A DNA stretch of 64,000 bases from an uncultured Gammaproteobacteria bacterium (GCA_964487925.1 CAZASZ010000003.1:738-64737); one strand, 5' to 3'; shown: positions 34,668-44,175, numbered from the stretch's first letter. Notes: generated from the sequence alone by a model not told the origin. Program-made: numbers and translations.

Positions 34668-37511
34668 ATGATTGATATTAAGACCACACAACGACACTTT
34701 TTGGCCCTCAACCAGGAACGTCTCCGACGGACCAGCGAGGCGCTACGTCGCCGCCACAGGGAGGCCCTGGATATACTGCCCCTGCTCTTTCATGCCAACC
34801 ATCCGACCTTTCCGGGCTATATATCGCCCAATACCCCCAAAGGGGTCGCGAATTATATCCCGTCCCAACGCAGTCTCGATGCCGCCGCCCGGTTCGTCAA
34901 AGAATTTGACTATAAACGTCGTGCTCAGCCGAGATACGATATCCACGCAATCTTTTTGATGGGCAGCAGTGGCACCATCGCACATTCGGAAAAGAGCGAT
35001 TTCGATATCTGGCTCTGTCACTCGGACCACCTCAACTACGAGCAGCTGAGCGAACTCCAGGCAAAGGCGCACGCCATTGAACAGTGGGCCGAACAAATGG
35101 ATCTGGAGATCCACTTTTTTCTCATGAATGCGCGGGCATTCTCCAACGGTGAAGGCGTCGAGCTCTCAAGCGAAAGTAGCGGCAGCGCCCAACATCACCT
35201 GCTGCTGGACGAATTCTATCGCACAGGCCTTATCATCGCCGGACGTACCCCAATATGGTGGCTGATTCCCGTAGAAGACGAATCCAACTACGAGACGATC
35301 GTCCATAAACTTATTCAAAAAAAGACCGTGATCGAAAACGAGGTCATCGATTTTGGCGGTCTGCCCGAGGTCCCAGCCGCGGAATTCTTCGGCGCTTCGC
35401 TCTGGCAACTCTACAAAGGTATCGACTCACCCTATAAATCAGTCCTCAAGATCATGCTGCTCGAGGTCTATGCCGCCTGCTATCCGCGTCTGGAACTGTT
35501 GAGTCTGCGTTTCAAGAAGGCAATTCACGACGGTGAAACTGAGCTCGCGAAACTCGACCCTTACATCATGCTCTACAACGAAATCGCCGAATATCTCGAG
35601 GCCTGCGAAGACACCGAACGGCTTGAATTGCTGCGGCGATGTTTCTACATGAAGGTCAATGAAAAGCTAAGCCTGCCCGACGACCTTAAGAACCCGAGCT
35701 GGCGTAGGGAGACCCTGCACGAGATGGTGGAATCATGGGGCTGGGGCGCCGGCGAATTGCTCGAACTCGACAACAGGCCCCAATGGCGCATCGAGAAGGT
35801 CATAAAGGAACGCCGCAGCCTCGTCGCCGCCCTGACGCAAAGCTATAATGCCCTGTCCGATTTCGCTCGGACCCACAATAATCTAGCAATGATCAAACAG
35901 GATGATCTCAACACATTGGGCCGAAAGCTCTACGCTGCGTTCGAGAAAAAACCCGGCAAGATTGATCTGATCAACCGTGGGATTAGCGACAGCATCCAAG
36001 AACCGGCACTGTCGCTACATGAACATAGCGCCGCCGGCCAGTCCCACTGGTTGTTGTATCGTGGCATCGTCAACCGCGACGACGCCCTCGATCTCGCGCC
36101 GCTGCACCGTTCTCCAACCGTGATCGAAATGCTCAGCTGGTGCCACTTCAACCAAATCAACAATGAGCAAACGGCCTGGGCCATCCATGTCTTGGACGCG
36201 AACTTCAATATCAAGGAGGTCAGAGGGCTCCAGACCATCCTGAGTCATCACTTCCCGAACGGGCTTCTGAACTTCGGGCAAGAACCAGACGTCACACGAG
36301 CCAGGGCCATGGTTTCGAGCACCGTATTCGCGAACGTCTGCGCGGAGCTTCCACAGGATCACATCCGGCGTGGACATTGTCTGACCAGCGACAAAACGGA
36401 CGCATTGAGCTTTGGGGGGATCAGCGAGAACCATATTATTTCGCTTGACCAAGTCGTCCAGACCAGCTGGAACGAGGTCATCACTTCCCATTACAGTGGC
36501 GTACAGGGCATCCTGGACTGCCTGCGCGACAACCTTAGGTGGTCATCCATTGAGGGCAAGGACAGCCATTGGACCGCGCCGACATGTCACTGCTCGTCCA
36601 TCGGACATGGGGTTTCGATCTCACGCCGGGTCAACAATCTGCTCCGGGACGTCGAAGCGGCCCTCGGTGGCGGTGGCACCGGCGCAAACCCGAATCGCTA
36701 TGTCCTGACCATCGGGCGCGACATGTATCTTCTTTGGCGCGACGTCAACGGCATGCAATCGCAAAAACTGGAGTCCTACCAGGAGCTCGTTCAGTATCTC
36801 GGAGACGTTCTGGCCTACTACAGTCCCGTGGTGTTCGATCGCTACACGTTGCCGAAAGACGTGCTACCGGCAATCTACCATCACCACGAGGCAGGCAAAA
36901 TCCATGTGTACTATGTGAACCTACGCAGCAAGACTCGGCTCTTTATCATCGACGAAGGCGGCACCTTGGTGTGCCAGACAGTACCAACTGACAACTCTGC
37001 CCTGTCCTTGCATCGCTACGTCACATTCCTGAAACAATGCAAACTCTTGGCTGGCCAGGAACCGGCCCCACTATGGGGTCATCCGGAGATCGCGTGCTTT
37101 CAGGTCAAGGCCGATCAGCGCTCGGATATCGTGCTGAGCCCGGCGCCCGCCACCGCACGCCACGTGTCCGAAAATGAGACCCGGATACTCGCGTTGTCGG
37201 TCGAGAGTCACGCCGATGCGGATGAGCGCCCGACCTTTTCCATACAGTGCGGGGACAAGACCTTTGCATCGCACCAACTGGGCGATAAGATGTTCCGGGA
37301 ACTCGCGCTCCACCTCATGACTCACGCCGACCGTGATCCGGGATATCCCTTGCGGATCACTTCCTTGGAAGCAATGCCGCGTTCGCTCGGTACCGATACA
37401 TCCACGGGTATCCGCATGAGTCATTTCCTGAACTATCGCATGCGCATCGAAAAACGTATCGATCACGCACTTATGCTGTTACAGGAAGAAAAAAAGGACC
37501 AAGCCGTGTGA
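34668..37511 (+). CDS. cyaA: class I adenylate cyclase
   Basis: 947 aa. The N-terminal catalytic region (ALDILPLLFHANHPTFPGYISPNTPKGVANY; FLMGSSGTIAHSEKSDFDIWLCH) matches enterobacterial-type CyaA, followed by a long regulatory domain. Confidence 0.93.
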   Translation: MIDIKTTQRHFLALNQERLRRTSEALRRRHREALDILPLLFHANHPTFPGYISPNTPKGVANYIPSQRSLDAAARFVKEFDYKRRAQPRYDIHAIFLMGSSGTIAHSEKSDFDIWLCHSDHLNYEQLSELQAKAHAIEQWAEQMDLEIHFFLMNARAFSNGEGVELSSESSGSAQHHLLLDEFYRTGLIIAGRTPIWWLIPVEDESNYETIVHKLIQKKTVIENEVIDFGGLPEVPAAEFFGASLWQLYKGIDSPYKSVLKIMLLEVYAACYPRLELLSLRFKKAIHDGETELAKLDPYIMLYNEIAEYLEACEDTERLELLRRCFYMKVNEKLSLPDDLKNPSWRRETLHEMVESWGWGAGELLELDNRPQWRIEKVIKERRSLVAALTQSYNALSDFARTHNNLAMIKQDDLNTLGRKLYAAFEKKPGKIDLINRGISDSIQEPALSLHEHSAAGQSHWLLYRGIVNRDDALDLAPLHRSPTVIEMLSWCHFNQINNEQTAWAIHVLDANFNIKEVRGLQTILSHHFPNGLLNFGQEPDVTRARAMVSSTVFANVCAELPQDHIRRGHCLTSDKTDALSFGGISENHIISLDQVVQTSWNEVITSHYSGVQGILDCLRDNLRWSSIEGKDSHWTAPTCHCSSIGHGVSISRRVNNLLRDVEAALGGGGTGANPNRYVLTIGRDMYLLWRDVNGMQSQKLESYQELVQYLGDVLAYYSPVVFDRYTLPKDVLPAIYHHHEAGKIHVYYVNLRSKTRLFIIDEGGTLVCQTVPTDNSALSLHRYVTFLKQCKLLAGQEPAPLWGHPEIACFQVKADQRSDIVLSPAPATARHVSENETRILALSVESHADADERPTFSIQCGDKTFASHQLGDKMFRELALHLMTHADRDPGYPLRITSLEAMPRSLGTDTSTGIRMSHFLNYRMRIEKRIDHALMLLQEEKKDQAV

Positions 37512-37523
37512 ATACTTCACCGG

Positions 37524-37655
37524 CTAAAGCCGGTGGCTTCGGGTTACGGCTAAAAGCCGGATTGATCGGCCGTACGGCCGATTGTACCCTCTCCCCATCA
37601 AGGGGAGAGGGAGTAAAAGCAACATTGCCGCCTAAAGGCGTGAGATTTTAAATCT
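37524..37655. repeat. cluster of REP-like short hairpins downstream of cyaA
   Basis: Five small palindromes in 130 bp: CACCGGCTAAAGCCGGTG, CGGCTAAAAGCCG, ATCGGCCGTACGGCCGAT, CCCTCTCCCCATCAAGGGGAGAGGG and CGCCTAAAGGCG. Three of them share a TAAA(A) loop. Confidence 0.6.
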
Positions 37656-37712
37656 CCTATTTAAAGACTTTAAAGCGCGCCGAAGGGTGTATTGCCGTGT
37701 TAAAAACAGTAT

Positions 37713-38228
37713 CTATAGCTGAGGCGGCAGAATGGGCTCGTCCTGGGTGTCCTGACCGACGGGCACCGCGCCCTTGATAAGGGCGTGCGCCCGTCTGACA
37801 TCGATCATTTCAGAGGCCCCCCGAAACTCGCCGTCGACCGGAGTCATGACAATATATTGTGTTTCGGCAGGCTTGAGATTGAACTCACGCGAATGAACCC
37901 GTGTATCGAAGGCATGCTTCGGTCCCCAGGTGGTATCTGAATACACCTTGACCCGAACCTTACCGGGCAGCAATCGCAACAAGATGTATTCCCCCTTGCC
38001 CATCGCCATGAGATGCTTGCGCCCGACCTCAACCTGAATACGGTTATCGGCGGCGCCCATGTAGCGTTCGGTCCGGGGCCGAATAAAATAGACCTTGGTG
38101 GCCAAACCATCGCTCTTAGGTCGCAGCAGTGGATGGTCGCGGTCGACGGTCGTCACCGTGCAGGCGCCGAGCGCCACCGCCATCAAAACCAGGATCACAC
38201 CGACCCGCCACGTCGCCTTTTTCAACAT
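37713..38228 (-). CDS. hypothetical lipoprotein
   Basis: Signal peptide plus lipobox (LMAVALGAC|TV). No recognisable catalytic motif; possibly DUF2846-like. Start taken at MLKKATW. Confidence 0.6.
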   Translation of the reverse strand: MLKKATWRVGVILVLMAVALGACTVTTVDRDHPLLRPKSDGLATKVYFIRPRTERYMGAADNRIQVEVGRKHLMAMGKGEYILLRLLPGKVRVKVYSDTTWGPKHAFDTRVHSREFNLKPAETQYIVMTPVDGEFRGASEMIDVRRAHALIKGAVPVGQDTQDEPILPPQL

Positions 38229-38306
38229 AGCCTTCGCCCCAAACCCCGAAAACCGAAAGTGTAACACGACAACCCAGCTCTCATCGCACTTGGCACCGAC
38301 CGCCCC

Positions 38307-39533
38307 CTAGACTCGCCGCAACAACCATGCGCCACCGATAAAAAGCGGTATTATCGCCAGCACGCCCATTCGATTATCTCCGCTGAGCATGGTCACGAGG
38401 CCCAACACCACGGGGCCAAATATGGCTGCGGATTTCCCCAGCATGTTGTAGAAACCAAAGAGCTCCGCCGCGCGACCGGCAGGGATAAGGCTGGCAAAGA
38501 AGGAACGGCTCAAGGCCTGAATACCGCCTTGGACCAATCCGATCATTACCGCAAGAAGATAGAACTCCTTCTCCGAGTTCATGCCATAGGCCAGCAGGCA
38601 CACACTGATATAAACGGCGATCCCGACATAGAGTCCGTTTCGGGGACCTATACGATCAGCGGCCCAACCAAAAACCAACGCTGCGGGAAATCCAACGAAC
38701 TGGGTAATCAGGAGTGCGATGATCAGGTCATCCGATTTAAGCCCGATAGACAGGCCGAAGTCCACGGCCATCCTGATCACGGTATCGACACCGTCGATAT
38801 AGAGCCAATATGCCAGCAGGAAGGTCCAGACCGGGCGCAGACCACGCAGGTGACCAAGCGTCTGCCGAAGGCGGCCAACCGCCGAGCCCAACAGACCGCG
38901 CATTGATCCTGTGCCGGTGCGTGCCTCGTCGACAAAATACCAAAGGGGAATCGAAAACACAGCCCACCAGACGGCCACGGACAGAAAGGACCAGCGCACG
39001 GCCATAGCCTTATCGGCAATCCCGAAGGCGCCGGGCCAGAGCGTCATGGACACATTCACGGCAAACAATAACCCTCCACCAAGATAGCCGAGGGAGAATC
39101 CCAGTGCCGAGATTCGCCCCATTATGCCCGCGCGGCCTACGTCCAAGATCAACGCATCATAAAATACGTTAGCCGATGAAAAACCGATGATCGCAACTGT
39201 ATAGCAGACCATCGCAAGCCCCCACGCCCCCTGTCCCACGAGATAAAGTGCGCCCGTGGTCGCGATTCCCAAGCCCGCGAAACCCAGCAACAGACGTTTC
39301 TTGAGGCCACCCCGGTCAGCCATGGCGCCCAACAGCGGCGCCAATACGGCAACGATTAAGCTGGCGCCAGCATTGGTGAGGGCAAGATAAAAAGTACTGT
39401 CGGCGATCTCAAGCGAGGCGGCCCAATATTGCTTGAAGAATAGCGGGAAAAATCCGGCCATGACCGTGGTCGCGAAGGCCGAATTCGCCCAGTCATACAG
39501 GGCCCAGGAAAAGATCGACCGATCGACCCTCAC
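38307..39533 (-). CDS. MFS transporter, Atg22/UMF1-like family
   Basis: 408 aa, about 12 TM helices. N-terminus FSWALYDWANSAFATTVMAGFFPLFF is characteristic of the bacterial Atg22-like MFS family. Confidence 0.8.
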   Translation of the reverse strand: MRVDRSIFSWALYDWANSAFATTVMAGFFPLFFKQYWAASLEIADSTFYLALTNAGASLIVAVLAPLLGAMADRGGLKKRLLLGFAGLGIATTGALYLVGQGAWGLAMVCYTVAIIGFSSANVFYDALILDVGRAGIMGRISALGFSLGYLGGGLLFAVNVSMTLWPGAFGIADKAMAVRWSFLSVAVWWAVFSIPLWYFVDEARTGTGSMRGLLGSAVGRLRQTLGHLRGLRPVWTFLLAYWLYIDGVDTVIRMAVDFGLSIGLKSDDLIIALLITQFVGFPAALVFGWAADRIGPRNGLYVGIAVYISVCLLAYGMNSEKEFYLLAVMIGLVQGGIQALSRSFFASLIPAGRAAELFGFYNMLGKSAAIFGPVVLGLVTMLSGDNRMGVLAIIPLFIGGAWLLRRV

Positions 39534-39594
39534 CTCAGCGCCCGAAAGGTGAAATCGCTCAGCACACCTGCAATTCCATCATCAAGACGCAAAT

Positions 39595-39777
39595 CTAAGG
39601 GGTCTTTTCCGTGCTAGCCTCATCAGACGGGGCCTGACCCTCTGCCTTAATGCGATCCTCTTCGGCACGCTCACGGCGGCTTTTACGATCATCCAAGGCA
39701 AACACCACCAGCAGTGCCAGAGCCAACCCGATTACCACGACTTGTATAATTATTCCTGAAATATCCTGGTCTTGCAT
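39595..39777 (-). CDS. small single-TM membrane protein (hypothetical)
   Basis: 60 aa. One hydrophobic helix (IIIQVVVIGLALALLVVFAL) then a charged tail. Sits between the MFS and VanZ-like genes on the same strand. No homology recognised. Confidence 0.35.
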   Translation of the reverse strand: MQDQDISGIIIQVVVIGLALALLVVFALDDRKSRRERAEEDRIKAEGQAPSDEASTEKTP

Positions 39778-39802
39778 ATCTTAAGATCCTTTATTGGTAT
39801 TT

Positions 39803-40216
39803 TCATCCGCGCGCCTTGCCAGCATTCATATCCCGCAAAACGGGCAACCGAGTCATCCAAGGCAATATCAGATAAAACAATAATATCCCGCTGGCATCGG
39901 CGCCGACATCCAACAACGACGACTCCCTACCAGGAATGAAATGCTGAGCCCCTTCGATCCCAAGGCCATAAGCGATGAGCAAACCCGACTCGAGCCAACC
40001 GAACAGCCGCTCTGGAAAGGAGAAGTTTGCCAAAAAACTCAGCACAAGGAATGCAAATCCATGATTGAGCTTGTCCCAATCAAAGAGGTTGAAGGGCGTC
40101 CCGTCGCTCGGAATCGTCGCATTGATAAATATAGATATCAAGGCCAACGCAAGCAGCATCCGGCAAGCCGGTATGAGCATCAAAATCCGCTCGTGATTCG
40201 GGATATTTGGGTGCAT
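39803..40216 (-). CDS. VanZ-like family membrane protein
   Basis: DKLNHGFAFLVLSF ... IPGRESSLLDVGADASGILLFY matches the VanZ signature (DK..H, R...D..D..G); 4 TM. Confidence 0.65.
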   Translation of the reverse strand: MHPNIPNHERILMLIPACRMLLALALISIFINATIPSDGTPFNLFDWDKLNHGFAFLVLSFLANFSFPERLFGWLESGLLIAYGLGIEGAQHFIPGRESSLLDVGADASGILLFYLILPWMTRLPVLRDMNAGKARG

Positions 40217-40280
40217 ACTCGGAAATTATGATCCAGTGGGATGGAGTATTCTACAGCATCAAGGACCCCAAAGGTGCGAT

Positions 40281-41747
40281 ATGGCGCAGACCACACCGCT
40301 GATTCTGATCCTTGACCAGGGCAGCCATGCGAGTCGGGCCATGCTCTATGACCTGAGGGGGCAGGCCATCAGCAGCTACCACATTCCCCTCGAACCCGAA
40401 CACCCCGATGCGATCCGCAGCGAATACCCTGCTGACGCGCCCTATGCGACATTGCGACATTGTATCAACCAAGTCCTATCGGATATCGGCGATGGCATTG
40501 TCCTGGCTGCAGCGCTCGCCTGTCAACGCTCCTCTATTGCCTGCTGGGACCGCCAGGACAATAGCCCCCTGTCACCCGTCATCAGCTGGCAAGATCGCCG
40601 AACCGAAGCTGATCTCACACACTGGAAGGAACATAGCGCGCATATCCAGGAACTGACCGGACTACGGCTTTCCACTTATTACGGCGCCACCAAACTCCGC
40701 TGGTGCCTTCATAACCTGCCCCAGGTCAAAGCGGCTAAGGATCGTGGACGTTTGGCGTGTGGTCCGCTGGCCAGCCGGTTGGTTTGGCAACTGACGCGTG
40801 AACATGGCCTGTTCATCGATCCGGCCAATGCCGCCCGCACCCTCTTGATCGACCATGCCAGCCGCGACTGGTCACCCCTACTACTCGAGCTCTTCGACTT
40901 AAACACCGCCTATCTGCCTACCTGCGTTTCGTCCGATTACGACTTCGGTCTCATACCAAGCGCTGTAGGCGACATCCCACTAAAGCTCGTCACCGGGGAT
41001 CAGTCGGCTGCGCTCTATGCCCACGGCCCGCTGCGCAAGGACACACTCTATGCAACCCTTGGTACCGGCGCCTTCCTGACTCAGCCGACCGCGGAGTGGG
41101 TTACCTCCGATCAACTACTGACAACAGTCGTTCATGACGACGGGACCCGCCGCGACCATGCCTTAGAAGGAACTATCAACGGAGCAGGAAGCGCGCTGAG
41201 CTGGTTCAAAGAGACGACTGAGGCGCACGCCATGGCTACGTTTCAGGAGGACCTGCCGCTTTGGATGGCGAACAAGACCGATCCGCCGATTTTCCTGAAC
41301 GGCGTCCACGGCCTAGGCACACCGTTCAGTGGTGCGAAACTCAGGTCTCGCTTCATCGCAACCCTGGGCAATCAACACCCCGACCTGGGGGACCGGGCCG
41401 TCGCCGTTATCGAAAGCATCGTCTTCCTACTCGAGGAAAACCGCCGCACCATGTTGGCATCGGGTACCATGGCGCGACAGATTGTTATCGGTGGCGGGCT
41501 TTCACGGCTCGACGGCCTCTGCCAGCGTCTGGCGGACCTCACGGGCCTGCCGATTAGACGCTGCAGCGAGCCCGAAACAACCGGCCACGGACTCGCATTT
41601 CTGTTGATACGGCAACTGACCGGATACGCCGTATTTAATCTCGAGGGAGGCCTCGTGGATGACTTCGCGCCGAGACCGAATACCGCACTTGCCGCGCGCT
41701 TTACAAACTGGCAGGCCGCCATGCAGGAGAATTTATCCCATGACTGA
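40281..41747 (+). CDS. FGGY-family carbohydrate kinase, divergent glycerol-kinase-like
   Basis: ILILDQGSHASRAMLYD ... ISWQDRRTEAD aligns with the GlpK N-terminus (IDQGTTSSRAVV...VWQCRRTAE). Two actin-like ATPase domains. Start at MAQTTPLI. Confidence 0.75.
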   Translation: MAQTTPLILILDQGSHASRAMLYDLRGQAISSYHIPLEPEHPDAIRSEYPADAPYATLRHCINQVLSDIGDGIVLAAALACQRSSIACWDRQDNSPLSPVISWQDRRTEADLTHWKEHSAHIQELTGLRLSTYYGATKLRWCLHNLPQVKAAKDRGRLACGPLASRLVWQLTREHGLFIDPANAARTLLIDHASRDWSPLLLELFDLNTAYLPTCVSSDYDFGLIPSAVGDIPLKLVTGDQSAALYAHGPLRKDTLYATLGTGAFLTQPTAEWVTSDQLLTTVVHDDGTRRDHALEGTINGAGSALSWFKETTEAHAMATFQEDLPLWMANKTDPPIFLNGVHGLGTPFSGAKLRSRFIATLGNQHPDLGDRAVAVIESIVFLLEENRRTMLASGTMARQIVIGGGLSRLDGLCQRLADLTGLPIRRCSEPETTGHGLAFLLIRQLTGYAVFNLEGGLVDDFAPRPNTALAARFTNWQAAMQENLSHD

Positions 41748-42495
41748 CACGGACGGCGGACCACAATTCATCGCCCACCGCGGTGCGGCCAGCTGCTTTC
41801 CGGAGAACTCACTGATCGGCATCGAGGCCGCCCTGCGATCTGGCGCGAGTCACGTCGAGATAGACGTCCAAGTCAGCGCCGACGGCATCCCCGTTGTGCT
41901 CCACGACGAGCACCTTGAGCGTATCACCGGCCAACCCGGATCGGTAGTTCAGACGGACTGGGCTACCCTGAGCACCCTGCCCGCCGGCGAACCAGGTCGA
42001 CTCGGCGCCGCTTTCGCCTATACCCGACTGATAACGCTTGAGGCGCTCGCCACGCGCTGGCAAGACTGGCCTGGAGCAACCCTCTGGGTCGAGATCAAGG
42101 AGGAGAGCATCTGGCACTTCGGTATTACTCGGGTAGTGGAAAGCATCCTGGCCGCACTACGCGCCATAGCCAAGCAATTCATCCTGATCTCCTACGATCA
42201 CTGCGTCCTGCAATACGTCCGCGAGCGTTGCGACGCGCCCATCGGCTGGGTGCTACATGACTATGACGATGCCAGCCGACGGACTGCGGACAGGCTTAGT
42301 CCCGAGTTCATGATCTGCAACGTCAACAAGATTCCGATTGAGGGACTCTGGTCCGGCCCCTGGCAGTGGGCACTTTATGAATTCACCGACCCCCAACTAG
42401 CGCTTCAGTGGCATCATCTCGGCGCCCAATTCATCGAGACCATGGCGATCACGGAGCTACTCCAAGACCCGCGCTTACGGAGAGATCAAGCATGA
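41740..42495 (+). CDS. glycerophosphodiester phosphodiesterase (GDPD family)
   Basis: FIAHRGAASCFPENSLIGIEAALRSGASHVEIDVQVSADGIPVVLHDEHLERITG is the GDPD catalytic signature (HRG...ENS...E.D.....DG..VV.HD). 8-nt overlap with the kinase. Confidence 0.85.
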   Translation: MTDTDGGPQFIAHRGAASCFPENSLIGIEAALRSGASHVEIDVQVSADGIPVVLHDEHLERITGQPGSVVQTDWATLSTLPAGEPGRLGAAFAYTRLITLEALATRWQDWPGATLWVEIKEESIWHFGITRVVESILAALRAIAKQFILISYDHCVLQYVRERCDAPIGWVLHDYDDASRRTADRLSPEFMICNVNKIPIEGLWSGPWQWALYEFTDPQLALQWHHLGAQFIETMAITELLQDPRLRRDQA

Positions 42496-43661
42496 CGGCA
42501 GCCTATGATGTCGTTGTGATCGGCGCAGGCATTCACGGTGCGGGCGTCGCTCAAGCCGTTGCCGCGAGTGGCCACTCAGTGCTTGTGCTAGAACAAAGCG
42601 GCATCGCCAGTGGTACCTCAAGCCGATCCAGCAAACTCATCCATGGCGGCCTGCGCTATCTGGAAAGTCGTCAGTTCGGGCTGGTCCGTGAATGCCTTTA
42701 TGAGCGTCGGCGATTGCTGCAACTGGCGCCTGAGCTGGTCCGGCTCGTACCATTTTTTATCCCGATCTATCAGGAAACCCGGCGGCGGCCCTGGCAGCTA
42801 CATATCGGCCTTGGCATCTATCGCTGGCTTAGCGGTGACTCTTCAGGGAGCTACGTGACCGTCCCCAAAAAACACTGGCACGAACTGGACGACCTGGCGA
42901 CGACAGGACTCACAAGCGTGTTTCAATATCAGGATGCCCAGACTGACGACGCCGCGTTGACACGGGCTGTGATTCGGGCCGCCCTCGACCTAGGAGCAGA
43001 ACTCAGAGTACCCGCATTGTTCAAGTGCGCCGAGTTTGAACCCCATGGCTGCCTGGTCGAATTCGAGGAAAACGGTCAATCGCAGACTTGCAAGGCCAAG
43101 GTACTTATCAACGCAGCGGGTCCAACTGTCAATAAGGTCCTTTTCCACTGTCTTCCTCAGCCTGTTGCCGAACCGATCGAGCTTGTGCAGGGCACCCATA
43201 TCGTCCTGGATACACCGTTCCGGAAAGGCTGCTATTACGTCGAATCACCGCACGACGGCCGCGCGGTGTTCGTTATGCCCTGGCAAGAAAATCGTTTGTT
43301 GATCGGTACAACGGAACGGAGCATCCCGGAGGGCACCGAACCGACGCCAACGGAGACCGAAATTGCTTACCTTCAGGAAACGGCCAGCCGCTACTTCCCC
43401 GCACTCGACTCCTTTGCGATCAGTGACGCCTTCGCCGGCGCCCGTGTCCTACCCGCAAGCGGCGGCACTGCCTTTGGCCGCCCCCGCGATACCCGTCTCG
43501 TGACTGACCGCGACGAACGACCACGCCTTCTAACAATCTATGGAGGAAAACTGACCGCCTACCGGCTCACAGCCGAAAAGGTCATGGCGCAAATCGCCGC
43601 CAGCCTCCCCGAACGCGACGCCATTGCCGACACCCGAACCATGCCGCTACGACCGGAATAA
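42492..43661 (+). CDS. FAD-dependent glycerol-3-phosphate dehydrogenase, short GlpD-like
   Basis: YDVVVIGAGIHGAGVAQ...TSSRSSKLIHGGLRYLE aligns with the GlpD N-terminus. At 389 aa it is shorter than canonical GlpD (about 500 aa). ATGA overlap with the GDPD gene. Confidence 0.8.
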   Translation: MTAAYDVVVIGAGIHGAGVAQAVAASGHSVLVLEQSGIASGTSSRSSKLIHGGLRYLESRQFGLVRECLYERRRLLQLAPELVRLVPFFIPIYQETRRRPWQLHIGLGIYRWLSGDSSGSYVTVPKKHWHELDDLATTGLTSVFQYQDAQTDDAALTRAVIRAALDLGAELRVPALFKCAEFEPHGCLVEFEENGQSQTCKAKVLINAAGPTVNKVLFHCLPQPVAEPIELVQGTHIVLDTPFRKGCYYVESPHDGRAVFVMPWQENRLLIGTTERSIPEGTEPTPTETEIAYLQETASRYFPALDSFAISDAFAGARVLPASGGTAFGRPRDTRLVTDRDERPRLLTIYGGKLTAYRLTAEKVMAQIAASLPERDAIADTRTMPLRPE

Positions 43662-43705
43662 CTACCTGTCAGCAGACGACCCGCATCCGACGGGCTATGA
43701 CTACC

Positions 43706-43839
43706 AGCCCTGAAAAGGTCTTATACGAGTGCGAGACAAGGCGAAATTCGCCGAGAAAGCGCAGTTTACGTTTTGTAAATGAGCATTTCGAGGCGAATTT
43801 TAACGCCGTATCGTGCCGTATAAGGCCTTTTCAGCCGGG
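43706..43839. repeat. imperfect 20-bp inverted repeat flanking about 90 bp, with internal palindromes
   Basis: Arms CCCTGAAAAGGTCTTATACG (43708-43727) and CGTATAAGGCCTTTTCAGCCGGG (43817-43839) match at 19/20 positions. Between them are GGCGAAATTCGCC and GAGGCGAATTTTAACGCC. The region is lower in GC than its surroundings, and arm 2 overlaps the 3' end of the HIT gene. Confidence 0.5.
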
Positions 43840-44175
43840 AGGCCAACCTAGGATGCGTCCGGCTAGGACATGCATGTGAATATGATAAACCGCCTGACCG
43901 GCGTCACTGTTACAGTTGAAGACCGTACGGTAGCCACGCTGGCCGTAACCAGCGTCCGTTGCCAAATCCTTTGCCACGATGAACAAATGGCCGATCAGCT
44001 CCTTGTGCTCTGATTCGAGTTCAATCAGCGTCGGGATATGCTCCTTCGGAATAACCAGCAGATGGAAGGGCGCCTGGGGATTGATGTCCTTAAACGCGAC
44101 CACCTTATCGTCTTCATAAACCACGTCCGCCTTCAAGTTACCCTTGACGATCTCGCAAAATAGACAGCTACTCAT
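43831..44175 (-). CDS. HIT-family nucleotide hydrolase (HinT-like)
   Basis: Histidine triad HIHMHVL; MSSCLFCEIVKG N-terminus; 114 aa from the internal start. Confidence 0.88.
   Translation of the reverse strand: MSSCLFCEIVKGNLKADVVYEDDKVVAFKDINPQAPFHLLVIPKEHIPTLIELESEHKELIGHLFIVAKDLATDAGYGQRGYRTVFNCNSDAGQAVYHIHMHVLAGRILGWPPG

Noticed and set aside
39595-39777. Considered dismissing the 60-aa single-TM ORF as noise
   Set aside because: Not dismissed outright: it has a clean TM helix and sits co-directionally between two membrane-protein genes, so it is kept at low confidence. Without homology it cannot be promoted to a confident call.
43697-43879. 60-aa ORF between the glpD-like and HIT genes
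   Set aside because: Lies within the inverted-repeat element. Arg-rich, no RBS, and it overlaps the HIT gene 3' end. More likely non-coding.
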